Below, piece after piece: positions 11,069 to 25,130 of a DNA stretch of 64,000 nucleotides (position 1 is its first letter; the number at the start of each line of letters is the position of its first letter). The notes beneath the pieces are model-generated. The model did no database searches. It saw only the letters and a list, made by a program, of their open reading frames with translations, and was not told where the DNA came from. The stretch comes from Octopus vulgaris (taxonomy: Eukaryota). A program made the translations under genes and the position numbers. Location: contig OX597823.1 of the NCBI GenBank assembly GCA_951406725.2, positions 61,938,001-62,002,000 on the forward strand, written 5' to 3'.

Positions 11069-13549
11069 TTAAATGAAATATGTTTGTAAAATGGAATAGT
11101 TATGGCTTGAATACATTTAATCATAGTTCTACTTGTCGGAGACTGATTTGGAGCTAAGCAAAAACAGCATAACACTTTCGAACTATCCAATTTTATCACA
11201 ATAAGAATAGTTTGTGTATTTCATTGACATTTTTTATTCTTTTGGCTTATACTGCTGCTAACACCATTTGAACTTATAACTCATGGAACAGAACTACATT
11301 ACTGTTAAGAGAATAAATGAATCTAAAATGCCATCCACATGCAAAGCAACTGTTAAGCTAGTGTTAATTCAGGGAATGTTTAAAGAAAAAAAGCTAGCTA
11401 GATATAATTATAAAGCAGAGAAGAAAATAAAAAAAAACAACATTAGTAACTGATTAATATCATTTTGATTTTTTTTTTCTTTTTTCTGGTGTGGGAGACA
11501 ACTTCAGATATGTTTCACTGTTATTCTAACCTAATCAGTGGAGCATTTAAAGCATAACCTTCCAAAGTTAAGATGAAAGAAATACATAGTGTATATACTA
11601 GATTGTACATTGATTGGCATAGGAAAATATTGGATGGTGTATTTTGAGTTAACCTACGTTTGGAAGATTGGATAGTCATGGTTGGAATACCTTTGATCAT
11701 AGCTCTGCTTAATAAGGGTTAACTTAAGGATCAATAGCACCAGAACCACAAAACAAACAAAACAAAACTCATACAGAAACCATCTGTACAGTATAACTGA
11801 ACAGATAGTTCCATACTTTAACCATACAGCTATAGAGACATTTCACTTTTCACAGTTAATGTTACTTCCCCTGAGCAAAGCACATAACTCTACTTGCTTC
11901 AGTTTACCTGACTAAACAAAAACCAAGTTCTGCTCTAACAAACAAACAAACCATTCTCATTTTTGCAAGCACAGGAAAATGAATGTGAAAGATTAATTTT
12001 ATATAATGTTTTTATATCACCCACTTTTAGCGAAGTTTTATTTATTCATATATTTGCTTTTTACTTGTCTTATTAGGAAACAATGAAATATTTCATTTTC
12101 CCCCCACATTGCACACATTTTATCTCAAATGAATTATTTCAGCCATAAAACTGGAATATTAAAAACTGAAATTTTGTACTCATGCATCTATTTTGAGGAA
12201 TCAAAGTTGCTAATCTTTAAAAGACATTTAATTAAGTTGTATAAATATTTGAAGCTACCATTGGGAGTTTAATAGTCTTTCTATTTTCTCTGTTTTTTTC
12301 ACATTTTCTTATTTCAATTATCAAATATTAAATCAATTAGAAAAAAAAATGTCATTAAAGCAAAACTTTCAGGAAGCCACTTTGGAAGACTATATATATA
12401 TATATATATATTTATATATAATATCTCTTATCAACATAAGTAATAGTTGTTGATATCTAGATTTACAAATATGTTGCAATCCTCTTTCTTCATCTATCAG
12501 TTTGTTTGGTTTTTATGTCTGTTTTTCCATGCTAGCATGGGTCAGATGACATTGCTAAAGCAGATTTTCTGGTCAGATGCTCTTTCTGTTGCCATCCCTT
12601 ACCTGCTTTCCAAGTATGACATTTCTTTTCATTCAATTGGTCTTCACATATTGAAAGCTAAAAATATAGTCGTTAGCTATAAGATGGTAAACAAAATCTG
12701 TGGGGTTTTTTTTAGTTTTTATTTTTTAATTTTCATCCAGATGTTGTTAAGGATGGCACATGAAATGACATTCACACACACACACACACACTTACACACA
12801 ACAGGCTTCTTCTCAGTTCCTATGTAGCAATTCTGCTCAAAGGCATTGGTCAAGCAGAGGTTAGAGTAGAAGACTTTTGCCCATGATGTCACACAGTGAA
12901 CCAAACCTAGAAGCATGTGGTTACAAAGTGAATTCTCTAATAATACATCCATGCCCATCTCATTGTTAATTTATTTCTCTGTAATAACAAAGATTTTCTC
13001 TGAAATAAATTTGATATTATGGCAACCAGCATGAGAGCATTCAATAGAATGCTTTGTGATGTTTGTTCCAAGTCTTTGTGCTCCGAGTTCAAATCCTGCT
13101 GAGATCAGCTTTGTCTGTCATCCTTTCCAGGTTGATTAAAACAAAAGTATTAAATCAAAGCAGTGGATTGACAGAGCCATTTGTGCATTGGACAAAATCG
13201 GCTTGTGGTATCTGTACTAGCTTTTTGCATTCTGTTCTGTGAGCAGTCCCTTTGATGACACTGGTACCAAACTGAATAAGTCTTTAAGAAAAGCCTTTCC
13301 CTTGGATAACATTGGTGAAATGGAGAGAGAAGACTTGCATACATGAGCAACTGCTAGTTTTCAACAAAAAAAAAGGTAAAACTTGATCCGAGCCCTTGCA
13401 TATAGGTGCAGATGCAGAGTCAACCTTACCCCAGGTGGTCAATAAATACTGCTACCCTCTTCCAACTAAACTATTTTTAAAGTTACACTATACTATGTTA
13501 ATTTCTTTAGTATCATATTGTCCAGCTATATTTTTAAAGTAGTGTACAA

Positions 13550-13775
13550 TTAAATTAGCATTTAAACCAGCCACATCTATCCCCAAATATTCTACCTGTT
13601 TTACATTCAAACTGACTAGATCCAGCCTTTCACACCTACCTTACAATGCCATGCTGAAAATAAAGAATCCCATCACTGAAATCTCAAGGCTACAAGATAA
13701 TTCAATATTAATTCAAAATAATGTGAATAAATAAGCATTACATTTGATAGAGCTGTTTGAATGCTAAGGGGTTAA
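13550..13775 (+). mobile_element. piggyBac-like MITE (~225 bp)
   Basis: Ends in ...aatgctaaggggTTAA; homologous to 23355-23579, 24907-25130 and 47389-47843, whose TIR is TTAA-ccctttagcatt. Confidence 0.75.
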
Positions 13776-15488
13776 TGAAATGATTCAATGAAAAATAACG
13801 AATAATGAGCATGAATCTGTGATATCAAACTTATGTATAAATAATCTTGTTCAGTGCAAGGGTACCTATACATCATCAATTGATTTGTTACAAATAGCAG
13901 TTAATCTGCCTCAAATCATACCCTACTATATTAAACAAAAAAAAGATACTTTGGACAGTGTAGTCTCTGGCATAAAAAAGAAAGATGGAATGGTCATGGA
14001 TAGAGTGCCTTTGATCATATGCCTCCTTAGTCAGGGTTGACCTGGGTTAAACAACAGCAATAAATCCGGAAATTTCATTTTGTTTTAAATGCTGCATTTA
14101 ATTATTTTTTTATTTTTTATCGACCCCTGTATGTTTGATTGATTTTATTATTGTCAAATAATCAATGCCCTGCATGCCATATACTGCCCTTCATTGTCGC
14201 TCACTGCAAATAAAAATAAAACATCACAGCCTCTGTGAGCATCCTAAAATGTTTGATGCTTGTAGGCAGTTGTAATCAGTTTAAAGAGAAAAAAAAAAAG
14301 AAGGTGGAGAGCAAATAATTCATTTGAACAGAGTTCAACACCCACATCGCTTGCTATCTCTGCTTAATACATAATTTTCTCTTGTGTCACTACCAACTGA
14401 TTGATCTTTTACTTGTTTTTAATTTTGTTTCATATATTTTTTTTGTTTGTTTGTTGTTACCGATGTGTGTTTGATATAATGGCTTAATGCAATCACAGTT
14501 TTCGGTACTAGAAAAATCAGCATCCTTATAATCACATCTTGTTACCATTATCTGAAGCCTTTTGTTTTCTAGCTGCTATTAACTGAGTATACAAATTGCT
14601 AGTCACACTTCACACTTTCTGATGAAAAATTACTTGCACTTTGATGGGGGGGGGGGGAATGGAGTGGAGGAGAGGGTAGGCTGTGAGAGTATTGCCTCTT
14701 TATTTACAAAATAAATGGATACGAAAAAAACTGAGTGCACTGAAGATAACTTAATCTTTATAAATCAACAATCATGTAGTTAGCATCAAAATGCAACTGT
14801 TCAGCATGATAGCAACATTCACTACATTTATGTGGTTGTGTGATGTTTATATATGGAGATGAAGATGGTGTTTTTTTTATGCATATTTTTTGTATGTATA
14901 TTTTAAATATGCCACTTTTTGTTTTCTTTTACTCCTGGATAGATTTTGTTTCTATGATTTTCTACTTCAGTGACCTATTATTAAACCTTAATCCTAAATC
15001 TATATGTGAAGCTACATAGTCTAGTGCTATCGTTCTCAGCCAGGGTCCATATGCTCTCTGGGGGGAGGGGGCAGTCCATATAAATTTTTTGGCGTTTCAT
15101 GCAAGTGAAATATTAAATTGGGGACCTTCAATGTTATTTTAACCCTTTAGTGTTGAGATTACTCTGTCAAATGTTATGCATATTCATTCACATTATTTCG
15201 AATTAATCACACATTATCTCACAGCTTTGAGATTTCTATGATGTGATTGTTCATAATTTGTTTTTTATCCACACAGCCATGCCTGTGCATTTTTTTATGT
15301 ACATATATATATATAAATTATAATTTAAGGTATTTAAGAGATACTGCCACGCTGTAAATAGCAGCCAAAACCTTACTCTAAAACCACATTAAATGTTCAT
15401 ACAGCACCTGGAGAGAAGGTTTTTTATTCCCATGCTGGCCACTTGATAAGATGATAAGATCGATTTTTAAATTAACGATATTATCCTA

Positions 15489-15538
<50 letters not shown>

Positions 15539-15551
15539 CACTCAGCTGCAG

Positions 15552-16020
15552 TGGAGGTACGTAGTTTAGTGATTAGGTCGTCAGATTCATGATCGTAAGA
15601 TTGTGATTTTTGATCCCTGGACTGGTCAATGCATTGTTTCCTTGAACAAAACTCTTCGTTTCACATTGTTCAAGTCTACTCAACTGGCAAAAATGAGTAT
15701 TCCTGTGACAGACCAGCATCACATTCAGTGAGGGATATATTATATACCACTGAAAACAGGAAACCAGCCTTAAGAGTTTGCATGATTTAGGGGGAGGAGC
15801 TTTATCCTTTTTTTTTTTTATCCCTTCAGGGGTAAAGGGTAATCCTGCAATGGACTGTCATCCTGTTCAGGGAAAATGATGGCCTGCTTTCCTGGTCAGT
15901 GGGGTGGCTATTCAAAATCTACAACAGTACAAGGAAGCGCACTGTGATTGGCAGTGTATAACGACATCTGATATTCTAGCCAGTGTAGTGATAATGACAT
16001 TTGATATTCTAGTCAATATA
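15552..16020 (+). mobile_element. Old tRNA-derived SINE(s), family B
   Basis: tRNA-like head (tagtgattagg...gatccctgg), a cttgaacaaaactc domain, and a tail resembling 38600-38703. Confidence 0.65.
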
Positions 16021-17329
16021 GGTTGCCTGAAGTAGCTATAATAAAAGTTAACTGAAACACCAAAGATGAAGTTTAAAGTTTAGTTATTGTTCACTGTTCT
16101 GGTAAAAAAACTCAAATTAGAAAATATATTCTTGGAAAGTGGGTGGTGCTAGGAAAGGTATCTAGTCTTTTGACATGATTGTGTGGCTTGTCAGGTCTTG
16201 TTAAACTGTCTAATCCATGCCAACATTGAAGATGGACGTTAAATGATGCCGATGGTTACAATTTTTTTCCGGAATTATCTTCAAATTATTATTTATGTTC
16301 TTATTGTTCCCTACCAAACTTTTATATCTTATTCTCCGACTAGAAATTTTGAATGAATATTATACATTAAAAATACAATTTCAACATTAAAACTATTGCC
16401 CTCAACGGTATTAAGCAATAAAGAATTAGACAGCACAATTTAAAAATAAAGTGGAATTGATTAAACATTAAAAACCTTCAATGCTACTTTGCTGAAAGCA
16501 TTTATAAATTGATTATTTCATTGTTTTGTCATTGACTTGGCTTTTTCTGACGCTACTTATGAATTTCTTTTTTTAACAATGCATTTTGTTTTGTTATTTT
16601 CTGTTTTACTTTCTTTTTCTTTTTTTTCTGTTTTTAAAAAATATTTTCTGTGATTGCTTTTGGGCCACTTTGTTCTTTTGGTGACAGAGGTTATTCAGAA
16701 AGTAATAATACTGTTAATTGTATTAAGTTAATCTCCCTTTAATTCCTGTATTTTTTCACACTTTCATGTATTACAGAATTTCATGTATTACTCTTATCTT
16801 GTCTGATAAATAAAACAAAGCAGAACTTAAAATGTTATCAAATTTAGAATGACTGTAACATATACATATATATATACATTCATACTGAGATACAAAATAC
16901 AGTTGTTTAATAGTTAATTTTAGCTTTAGATAGTGAACAGTTTCAAGCAAGTGGTAAGCTCTGAGCAAATTAAGATAGCAATACAGTTTCACTTCCTACT
17001 TACTGTTATTTCATAAAAGCTGCCCCAGCTTCTCAATTATCCTGCATTGCTTATACTGAGCTAATGAGGAAAAAGCATCTGACTGAATCTGCTGGAAATA
17101 GCAGCTAAATATCACTCAACTTCACCCAACTGTCTTAAAAATGGTTGAATGTACTGGATTATTCAGTCCTGGTTATAGAGTGCTACAAAAAATGGACTGG
17201 TCATGGGTAGAATATTGGTTTGATAATAGCAACAACTGCATAAAAAGTTAAACTTTAAAGCCTGGCAACAACCTGAATGAGGAAGCCTCTATATGATTAT
17301 TCAATCTGATAGAAATATTAGCCAGTTTT

Positions 17330-17658
17330 TTCTGGCACTGCATCAGTTACAACAATGAGGGTTCCAGTTGATCCAATCAATAGAACACCGTGCTTATGAA
17401 ATTAATGTGCAAGTGGCTGAGCACTCCACAGATACATGTACCCTTAATGTAAATCTCAAGGAGATTCAGTGTGACACACTGAATGCAACAAGGCTGGCTC
17501 TTTGAATTACAGGTAGAACTTATTTTTGCAGGCTGAGTGGACTGGAGCATCATGAAATAAAGTGTCTTGCTCAAGGACACAACGAGCCCTCAGGAACTGA
17601 ACTCCTGACTCTACGATTGTGAGCTGAATACCTTAACCACTTTGCTACACACCTTCAC
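17330..17658 (-). mobile_element. tRNA-derived SINE family B
   Basis: Contains aaagtgtcttgctcaaggacac and ends ...cttaaccac...caccttcac, the reverse complement of the head at 38037. Confidence 0.8.
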
Positions 17659-17734
17659 AATAGCCAGTTATTGCTCAAATTTCCTCATTGAGCAAACACC
17701 CATCTTCTTTTGTTTTTGTTTTTTAGGGTTTTTT

Positions 17735-18108
17735 TTTTTTTACCTTTCAACTAGTTTCAGTCATTGAACTATGGCCATGCTGGAGTTTAGTCAAACAAAT
17801 TGACCCCAGTATTTATTTTTAAGCCTGGTACTTATTCTATCAGCTTCTTTTGCTGAACTGCTAAGTTACAGGGATATAAACAAACCAACACCAGCTGTCA
17901 AGATGTGGTGGGGGACAAACACATGCACACACACACACACACACACACAACAGCTTCCACTCCATTTCTGTCTACCAGATTCACTCACAAGGCATTGATC
18001 AGCTCAAGGTTACAGTAGAAGAACCAAAGTGCCATGCGGTAGGGCTGAACCCCAAACCATTTCATTGCAAAGCAAGCTTCTTAACCACACAGTCAATCTT
18101 GCACCTAT
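17735..18108 (-). mobile_element. tRNA-derived SINE family A, full length
   Basis: Aligns in reverse with 45882-46278, including the internal (CA)n tract. Confidence 0.85.
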
Positions 18109-19287
18109 ATTATGAAATGCATCCCTCGCATAAGCATTAGTTTTTGAATCATTGAATGCATCATTTTCTTATTTAAGATAGTAGGCTATGATTCAATAGA
18201 GATAAGGCTGCTGTTTGAAGCATGTCAAATGACAATGTTGAGGCTCATTCGTTAGCTGGAGTATTCAATAGGATGCCGAGATTTTATTAACTGTAGCATT
18301 GGAAGGTGTAGCTTAATTATCTGCAAGTATTAGCTGTCATCATCAAATGTTCCTTCTATTCATTGTCAGCAAAAATAATTTGAAATAGTTAATATAGCAC
18401 AGTGATCTCAGTTCACTGTCGGGTTACATGTATCAATATGAAAGCTAATTAGTAATTTAACTCCAAACCAGAAATTGACGTACAATCTTTAGTTGAGTGA
18501 TCTTTTAATGGACATTGCCAATAACAGTAGCTCTGGAAAATATCATTCCTATAATTAATTGAACTCATACCATCTCTTAAATGATGCCATATGCAAATTT
18601 CTGATAATTCAAGTAAACAAAATTAATTTTAAATAAATAAATAAAATTAACAGTATAAAAAGTAAAGACAGAAATTAACTAGTTGCATGGTATTTTATTC
18701 TACAAAAGTCTGTGTGTGTGTGTTTTTGTGGTGGGGTGCGTTACATAATTTGATGTTAAGTCACTTTGTACTCCAAGCATCCATCATATTTATTACTTTA
18801 TATTGATGTATGTCTATGACAATTTCATATTGGAATATATTTTGAAATACAATCAATATTTATATCTTTATTGACTGGAATTGGAAATTCTGACTGGTTT
18901 CTCTTATTCTGTCTTTAGCATTTCTCAATTCACGTCTCCTTTTCCTAACCTTCTTCTCTTTCACACATCTTCTGTGTAGTGTTTACTAATTCATTTTATG
19001 TTCTTTCACTATTTCTCCCCTCTCATCCTACTCCCCTGCTTGCTTCAGTTACACCTATATCCACCCCTTCATCTTAAATTCTAAATTTACCTACACTCAC
19101 TCTCTTTGTCCTCCCTTCTCTCTGCCTTATAACAATTTGCGTTGGTCACTCTCTATTTTCTTTTTTTTTTGTGTGTTTTTCTTTCAAATCTTATCTGACC
19201 TATGTCCCCTCTACTTCAATGATCAATCTTATAATAGATTGTACATAAAATGCTATAATATTGGAAAACACCAGTTAATATTATAGC

Positions 19288-19324
<37 letters not shown>

Positions 19325-19779
19325 TGCTATGAAGGGCAACAGTACAACAAAACTATAGGCAGATAAGAAATCAGGAGATAATTTAAAGTGTAAAGAGACA
19401 GAAGAGGCACAGTGACAGAGACAGAGGTTAGAGTCATGTATGGGTGGATATAGTGACAATATAAAATGGGAAGGGTTGTTGATAGCAGACATGAGTTTTT
19501 AAGAGAAAGGAGTGTTCATTGTTAAGGGATGATGTTGAGAGTGCAGAACAGGTGACAAGGGAAGTGATTTTAACTGGTAGCACAAAAGTGGGGTTGGAAT
19601 ATGTGCGGCTTTGTTTTTCCTTTAATTACAGTAGCTAAGAATCTAACGATTGCAGTTAGTTGGGTATCACAAAGTTGAGTTGTGGGGAAGGCTTGTCCGG
19701 TAAACAGTGGATGTTGGGCATAAACCTTAAGACTTTAATGATATGCTTTTAGGAACTTGAGATGGACAGCATGACAAAT

Positions 19780-20100
19780 TGCCAATCGTCTTGGTCTTTT
19801 ATTCATCTCCATTGTGAGGCTCAACAACCCAATGTCAGTCTTCATTACTTCATCCTTTATCTATACGGGTCTTTCTTTTCCACAAGTTCCATCCACATTT
19901 AATGATCAGCACTTGTGCATCTGTCTTCATCCATATGTATCACATAGCCATATGAGTGCAGTCTTCTCTCTTGCACTCTACATCTGATGTCTCCTATGCC
20001 CAATTCTTCTTTCAACTCGTTTGCCCTTTGTCATACATGCACACTGAAATTGGACATTCAGCAGAGCATGCTAGCCTTATTTCTTCCTAGTCTTCACATC
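19780..20100 (-). mobile_element. RTE-clade LINE ORF fragment
   Basis: Minus translation ASMLC*MSNFSVHV*QRANELKEELGIGDIRCRVQERRLHSYGYVIHMDED is homologous to ORF 10367-10669. Confidence 0.75.
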
Positions 20101-21610
20101 TCTGTATGTGTGTGTGTCTGCATGCATGTGTATGTATATGTGTTTGTATGTATAATGTGTGTATATGTATGCACATGCTAATATATGCTTCACATGCTTT
20201 ATTGAAACAGATGACAACTCTCATTTGCAATGCCTACATATTATAAACTTCCAATACAATTAAGGAATGCTGAGAAGGGTAATTAGCAAGGATTGTTTGT
20301 GGGATGTTTTAATGATTAACAATGAAAATTTGGATATAAAACAATATTATTACAATGTAGTGTATATGTGATTCTATTTTGCTTTGCTTCTTACCCAGAT
20401 TTTTTCTGTATAGCCTTAATCCATTAGTTGTGAAACCACTTAAAAAATATCTTCTCTCCACAAATCCAGATCATGTTATTAACTAAAGAAGCACATCTTT
20501 GGATTTCCACATTGCAGCAGTGAGGTTTTAGATAGATATGAATCTTTGGGTACAGGTTTATTTTTTCTCCTTTTTTAATGAGTCTCAAAGTTATTATTGA
20601 TGCAAGTGAATTAGTTTTTTGCTCAAGAAGCAAAACTGAGTCTGCTTCAGTTGAGAGATTACTATTATCTCTTAAAGAGCCAGGAATTGGTTCAGATAAG
20701 TATCTTTTGTTTTTATTTAAGCAAAGAAATTTTAGCCAGTCAATTTATAATGTTGAAGAAGCAAAAAAAGTAATGTGGAGAATATTGGCGGTGATTAAAG
20801 CAGCTAATTACGTTTTAAGCAACTATGAATAATTCATTCTATTCTGCTTTTCTAATCAGGCTACATACTAAATTATTACTGACTTTTACATTAACGAATT
20901 CTTTATTAAAAAGGAAATTATTTAAAATAACAAATCATAACTTGATTACATTTTATCATTATAGTTATTTTTATAATTATAGATACTTTGCAATTATCAT
21001 TGAATAATGATATCTTTAAATTGTGAGTTCCTTTCTTTTTTTTTTCTTCTAACAAAGAATATTTATTCGAATAAAGCAAGCAGGATAGTTTTTCATCAGA
21101 TTCCTTTATTTATGATCCTTGGTGGTAAATTGCTGGTATATTTTGCTACAGTGTAAGAGATATTCTTTATTTGCCTAGACAATCTCTTTCTAGTTTTACA
21201 CCAGGTGGCTGCTTTGAAAACTTGATTAGTATTAAAGTTCCTAAGAGTGATGAATTTGCAGAAACAATAGTTGAAAATGCATTAAAATATTTAGTTTCTT
21301 CCTGTATTCTGATATTCCTAATTCAAAATCAGAATTTTGCTCTCTCTTTTCCTCTCCCTTTCTTTCTCTCTCTTTTCTCTTGTTAGTATGGAGTTTGCTT
21401 CATAACTATGCTATTTCATGTTCTGTCCTACTGCATGTCATCTCAGGCAAGTGACTTCTTCCGTAACCTTGGATTGGTCAATGCTTTGTGAGTGGAATTA
21501 GTTGATGGAAACTGTATGGAAGCCTATCATTCATACATATATATATATATTTGTTTTTAAGTCTGGTTATATATAAAAAAAACAATTTAACATTAAACTG
21601 AAGAATTAAT

Positions 21611-22020
21611 AGGCGTAGGAGTGGCTGTGTGGTAAGTAGCTTGCTTATGAACCACATGGTTCCAGGTTCAGTCCCACTGTGTGGCACCTTGGGCAAGTGT
21701 CTTCTACTATGGCCTCGGACCGACCAAAGCCTTGTGAGTGGATTTGGTAGATGGAAGCTGAAAGAAGCCCTTCATATATATGCATATATATATATTTGTA
21801 TGTGTGTGTATATGTTTGTGTGTCTGTGTTTGTCCCCCACAACATTGCTTGACAACTGATGCTGGTGTGTTTATGTCCCTGTAACTTAACAGTTCGGCAA
21901 AAGAGACTAATGGAAAAAGGTACTAGGCTGACAAAGAATAAGTTCTGGGGTCGATTTGCTCGACTAAAAGCAGTGCTCCAGCATGGCCACAGTCACATGA
22001 CTGAAACAAGTAAAAGAGTA
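21611..22020 (+). mobile_element. tRNA-derived SINE family A, full length
   Basis: A-box-like tggctgtgtggtaag, B-box ggttcagtccc, internal microsatellite, tail gactgaaacaagtaaaagagta. Confidence 0.92.
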
Positions 22021-22619
22021 ATTACCTTAACCTTTTTTAGCAGTCCCCATTTTTATTAAACTTTTACAAGAAGGATAATAGTGACTTTGAAGCTTTGACA
22101 GAGGCAACACACATGCACGTGTGTGTGTGTGTGTAAATGTTAACATTCCTGCATCTTCATGAGATCAGCCAAGAAACAAACAAAAAAGAAATAGTAATGT
22201 ATCGTTCACATTCCCTCTAAGCTGTATGTCTTATATTGCTGTACTTTTGAAATATCATGGAATAAGAGAAAAAATTCCTTAATTGAAAATCTGTAACGGT
22301 TTGATGACTGGAAGAGCATCCAGCCATAAAATACTGCTATAAATATGCATAAAACACATGCCAGCCTAGAGAAATGGAAGTAATGAAGTCAGTTTGATTA
22401 GCAATATTTCTATTTTTTACAAAAGCTAACTTTATGCTTAGTCAAAAGAAAGTAATATTTATGTATCAGAAATACTGTGACTGATATATCTTCAGTAGTA
22501 GGAGACTGACTTGTACAATAGTTACTCACAGCAAATGCTATTCCTAGATACGTCTCAATTATTCACATGTCTAAATTTAACATTTCAGGACATATGTTTT
22601 ACAATTAGTTATTGAGTTG

Positions 22620-22940
22620 TTCTTTACCTTCTGTCTTGTATTTGTCTCACTTGTTGGACTACATCATGCTGGGGCACTGCTTTGAAGTATTTTATAATTG
22701 GAAAAAATCAATCCCAGTACTTTATTTTCAAAAGTTACGAGGAATGCAAACATACCAACACTGGTTGTCTAGCAGTGGTAGGGATAAACACAATCATACA
22801 CCCTCACACACACACACACACAACTGGTTCTTTCAGTTTCTGCCTACTAAAGTCACTTACAAGGTGTCACACAGTGGGACTGAACCTGAAACCGTATGGT
22901 TGGAAAGCAAACTTCTTACCACACAACCATGCCTGTGCCT
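22620..22940 (-). mobile_element. SINE family A (degenerate)
   Basis: Reverse homology to 21611-22020. Confidence 0.75.
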
Positions 22941-23354
22941 TTGTATAAAATAATTTGAAAAGCGTTAAAACTAACTAGCGTGTCATTAGTATTGATTTTG
23001 AAACTATCATGCAACAGCAAATATTCTGGAAATAAAGTCATCAAATTAGTGATTAATTAATCAATGAATGGATCATTCCTTATGTAACACTATTAAGAAA
23101 ATCTATTATTGACAACACTTGAGGCTTATTGGTTGAGAACACATAATTAGCTGTGGCTGTTAATCTTTGTTATAAACTGCTAAAAATTCTGTGTCAGCAT
23201 AAATAAGAAAATTTGGTTGTTGATAGTCAGCTTACTAGAAATAGCAGCAAACTTCTCAAATCACACCCTACTATGTTGGAAAAGGACACATAAAGGGAGC
23301 ATCAATCCACTGCATCTAGGAAGAAAAAAATATGTTGTCATGGCTGGGACGTCT

Positions 23355-23579
23355 TTAGCCCTTCAGTATTCAGATTAAATTATATTATAATTCTTATTTA
23401 TTGACATTGTTTTGAGTTAATCAGGCATTATCTTTTACCTTCAAGATTTTGATGATGGGGTTGTATATTTTTAGAATGACATTGTAAGGTAGGTGTGAAG
23501 ACCTAATCTGGCTAGTTTGAACATAAAACAGTTAGAGTATTGTAGCTGGATTTAGTTGATTTAAATGCTAAAGGGTTAA
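23355..23579 (-). mobile_element. piggyBac-like MITE inserted in an older repeat
   Basis: Termini ttagcccttcagtatt and aatgctaaagggTTAA. The flanks (ctagaaatagcagc...catggctgg / tcagggctga...ctaaacaa) continue a repeat also seen at 13880-14060 and 53035-53245. Confidence 0.75.
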
Positions 23580-23979
23580 TTATAGCTATTCTCTATCAGG
23601 GCTGAGCCTGAGGCTAAACAAAAACTGCGTTGTTGTATGTATGCTTAATATCAATTCATACGATGTACTCTAGTTAGCTTGACCTTTTAGGTAGAATACA
23701 ATTATCAAAAATCATTTGTAGACAAGGATATCACTGGATTATCTCAGTGATAGTTTGAAAGAGACATACCCCTTGTTTTACAAAAATGGATGTTTTGTGA
23801 GTGCCAAGTGCCTACACCAATGTGATGTGACTGAAACTTGTCAGATTAAATTTAGACAATTTGAGAAAATGTGTAACTGAAGGATCATGCCATGCTTCTG
23901 CAAGTGCATCCAACAAAGAAATTATAGCAAGGAACCATAACAAAATGTTAGTGCTAAAATGGTGAACAGCTTAACCATT

Positions 23980-24325
23980 TTTATCTTTGTTTCTTGTTTC
24001 AGTCATTGGACTGCAGCAATGCTGGAATAATACCTTGAAGGGTTTAGTTGAACAAGCTGACTCAGTTCCTACTTTTGAAGTCTGGTACTTATTTTATTGG
24101 TTCTTTTGGTATGTAAGTAAACCATCACCAGTTGTCAAGCAGTGTGTGTGGTGGGAACATGCACACACACATGCATGAGAAGTTTCCACACAGCTTCACT
24201 CACAAGCCATTGGTATGCCCAGAGGGATAATAGAAGACACTTGCTCAAGGTACCATTCATTGGAACTGAACCCAAAGCCACATGGTTGCAGAGCAAGCGT
24301 CTTAACCACACAGCAGTTTTTGTAC
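23980..24325 (-). mobile_element. SINE family A (degenerate)
   Basis: cttgtttcagtcattggactgcagc...tagaagacacttgctcaagg...cttaaccacacagc. Confidence 0.8.
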
Positions 24326-24906
24326 CTTGGAAAATTAGAGAAATTTATGCCTTAGAAATCTTCAACACTACTATTATCTATAAAGTTTCAATTGGTTAAG
24401 ATTCTTAAGCTTTCACATATCTGCATATCTAACTTTGTCTTTTATGTCTTCCTTTGAGATTAGTTAACTAATTTTCAGAAAAAGGAACAGGAAATTACTA
24501 TAAAGCATTGTTTAGAAGGCAGACATAATTAAGACATTGAGGAATTTTATTTATTTATTTATTTATTTTTTGTTATTTCATATTCTTATTTGCTTAGCTG
24601 CAGTAATTGTTCAAAATTAAAATGTTCAATAACAGAAGCAACTATTGTGAGATCTTTCAAAATTCAGTGTATCCTTACTTTCACACTGATAGCCAAGACA
24701 AAGAGGTTGATGATTTTTAACCAGTCTTAAATGACCAGACAAACCTATAGTTTAAAGTGTTCCACCTGTGGCCATCCTGTTTTGTTTTTTCTTTGTCCAA
24801 TATATCCTTGTTTTTAAGATGGTAGAATGGGAATTGAGAAAACTTAGCTGCTATTACTTACAAGCTGAGCAACCAATTTGTAGGACATCTCTTTATTCTG
24901 TATGTG

Positions 24907-25130
24907 TAACTCTTTAGCATATTCACATTATTCTGTCAAAAGTAATGCTTATTTATTCACATTATTCTAAATGAATCATCCATTATCTTGTAGCTATGAG
25001 GTTTTGATGAAGTAACTGTTAATGTTTAAAGTGATATTGTAGGGTTGGTGTGAGAGGTCAAATCTGACCAGTTTGAACAAAAATGTAGTTAGAATATTTT
25101 GGCCAGACACGGCCAGTTTAAGTACAAAAG
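24907..25130 (-). mobile_element. piggyBac-like MITE (degenerate)
   Basis: taactctttagcat start; reverse homology to 13550-13775. Confidence 0.7.

Noticed and set aside
14226-14275. Short hairpin with an AGGCAGT miR-34-like string
   Set aside because: Stem is short and G-U rich, and the seed-like string is not positioned as a mature arm.
20578-20832. 84 aa ORF in unique sequence
   Set aside because: No recognisable domain and no convincing splice sites; length is compatible with chance.
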